Positions 62,646 to 64,000 of a stretch of 64,000 nt of DNA are shown here, piece after piece. Location: positions 2,934 to 66,933 of the forward strand of contig JAMFSJ010000018.1 in assembly GCA_026225255.1 (NCBI GenBank), read 5' to 3'. Position numbers and translations under genes: made by a program. Under the pieces are notes generated by a model. It had not been told where the DNA came from and did not search any database. It saw nothing but the letters and a program-made list of their open reading frames with translations. The stretch's first letter is position 1. Each line of letters begins with the position of its first letter. The DNA is from Methylacidimicrobium fagopyrum. Lineage in GTDB: Bacteria; Verrucomicrobiota; Verrucomicrobiia; Limisphaerales; UBA11358.

Positions 62646-63758
62646 CTACAAAGTCCTTCTAAACAGCACCGTGGCCAGACTCATCGCGATGATTGTAAAC
62701 ACTGACAGAAAGATTAAATCCGTGCTGATCGCCATCAAGCCGGTGTTTTTCAAAATCAATTGTTTGAACCCGTGCACGGCGTAAGTGAAGGGATCCACGA
62801 CCGCGATGGCTTTCATCCACGCGGGAAAAGATTGGCTCGGATACACCGCGCCGCTGGGAAAATACAGCACCGTGTTCAACATCCCGAAAATCGCGCGCGG
62901 CACGAGGGGATCGTTCACGCGCACCATGATCAGGAACATCATGCTGATGAGCGATAGCGACGTCAGCACGACCAAGACAAACATTCGTGCCATGCGCAAT
63001 GGATTCAGCGGATCGGGAATGCCCGCGATGATGGAACCGAGCGTGATCAAAACCAGTCCCGCGATGATCGCCTTCGCCGCGCCCGCGAGATTGAAGCCGA
63101 GGATCAATTCAAATTTGCGAATGGGCGTGACGAGATAGCCTTCATGCAAACCGCGCGCTTTGTCATCAATGAAAATGATACCGCCACCGATCATCGCGGA
63201 AACAAAGATCGCCAGCACGATCGTTCCGGGCAGCAGATATTGGATGTAGGGCACGTAAGGATAAACTTCGACGACGGCCAGACTCACGCTCGCGGTCGTG
63301 CGCGGCAAAACGGCGGGCGCATTGTAAGCGGGCATCATTCCGTTCAAAACGCCTTCGAGCGCGGACGACGAAAATTGATCGGTATTATCTTCCGCCAACG
63401 CGATGCGCGGATTCGCGCCGGCAAAAACTTTTCGCGAAAATTCCGGCGGGATTTCCAGCACGCCATTGATTTTACCGTTGCGCAGGTCACGCATGGCGGC
63501 CGCTTTGTCGTGGTAATCGATGGTGTTGAACGTCTTCGCGTTGGCGCCGACGGCTTGAAACATTTCTTCCAATTTGACCGACGGCACACCGTGATCTTCG
63601 TTCACGACGCCGATCTCGAGATTTTTTATCTGTCCACCGAACGCGTAGCCGAGCACGACGAGTTGGACGAGCGGCATGACGATGGAAACAATAACCAAAA
63701 CCGGACTGCGCCGGAAGCGGCGCAAATCGCGTTCAATGATGGCCCAAACTCGATGCAT
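62646..63758 (-). CDS. ABC-2 type transporter permease
   Basis: 370 aa with an N-terminal TM segment, a large extracytoplasmic loop and 5 C-terminal TM segments. It lies immediately downstream of an ABC ATPase gene. Confidence 0.8.
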   Translation of the reverse strand: MHRVWAIIERDLRRFRRSPVLVIVSIVMPLVQLVVLGYAFGGQIKNLEIGVVNEDHGVPSVKLEEMFQAVGANAKTFNTIDYHDKAAAMRDLRNGKINGVLEIPPEFSRKVFAGANPRIALAEDNTDQFSSSALEGVLNGMMPAYNAPAVLPRTTASVSLAVVEVYPYVPYIQYLLPGTIVLAIFVSAMIGGGIIFIDDKARGLHEGYLVTPIRKFELILGFNLAGAAKAIIAGLVLITLGSIIAGIPDPLNPLRMARMFVLVVLTSLSLISMMFLIMVRVNDPLVPRAIFGMLNTVLYFPSGAVYPSQSFPAWMKAIAVVDPFTYAVHGFKQLILKNTGLMAISTDLIFLSVFTIIAMSLATVLFRRTL

Positions 63759-63764
63759 AAATTT

Positions 63765-64000
63765 TTACAATCCCCCGCCGCGTTTGATCAGGAACGGGCT
63801 TTCCGCCGCGCTCGCACCTTGCAGCGAATCGCGCATTTGCCGTCCGGTGTAATGCACAAAAACATCGTCGAGCGTGGTGCTTTGCACCGACAACGACGTG
63901 ACGGCGGCGTTCGCTACGCGCGCCGCTTCCATCAGTGCGACCGTGGTGCGCGGGCCGTTTTCGGACGAGATGCGGAAAATGTTGTCTTCCGATTTCACCT
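63765..64000 (-). CDS. ABC transporter ATP-binding protein (3' end only; continues beyond the window)
   Basis: Only the C-terminal 77 aa are visible (...TTLDDVFVHYTGR...). It is adjacent to the ABC-2 permease gene. Confidence 0.6.
   Translation of the reverse strand, partial: VKSEDNIFRISSENGPRTTVALMEAARVANAAVTSLSVQSTTLDDVFVHYTGRQMRDSLQGASAAESPFLIKRGGGL

Overview
This is a gene-dense, moderately GC-rich chromosomal segment. I can support about 57 protein-coding ORFs and one SRP RNA. I found no rRNA, tRNA, CRISPR array, transposase, integrase or phage genes.

The gene content suggests a PVC-superphylum, Verrucomicrobiota-like organism; this is an inference only. The supporting genes are a Tat-signal Gfo/Idh/MocA oxidoreductase divergent from a secreted TIM-barrel isomerase, a DUF1800/DUF1501 pair, and many secreted glycan-active enzymes.

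Housekeeping genes:
- accD, rpsT, rpe, a phosphohexomutase, aroE and a cobA-hemD fusion.
- cdsA, purE, a photolyase and an Ogg-type glycosylase.
- The conserved ffs-dnaX-ybaB-recR block.

A convergent glycan/fucose/galactose utilisation locus lies at about 14.8-29.8 kb. It holds a PL4-like rhamnogalacturonan lyase, a FucU mutarotase, fucI, galK, an SSS symporter, and a NarL-type regulator with a beta-propeller sensor kinase.

I did not find a convincing multi-gene defence or mobile system. The unusual content is mostly non-coding or at the edge of coding:
1. A 12 x 21-bp head-to-tail array. Its single open frame spells an 11-heptad coiled-coil-like peptide with no start codon.
2. A 3 x 147-bp tandem structured repeat upstream of fucI.
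3. Several families of intergenic hairpins. Some have low-complexity purine-rich/pyrimidine-rich arms and occupy almost every spacer of co-directional operons.
4. A frameshifted hrpB that also carries two in-frame palindromic segments at the points where it is longer than E. coli HrpB.
5. A membrane PAS sensor ending in a CxxC...CPxC tail instead of a kinase.
6. A small AT-richer islet with a two-gene toxin-antitoxin-like module.

All family assignments come from reading the translations, with no searches run. All coordinates were counted by hand.
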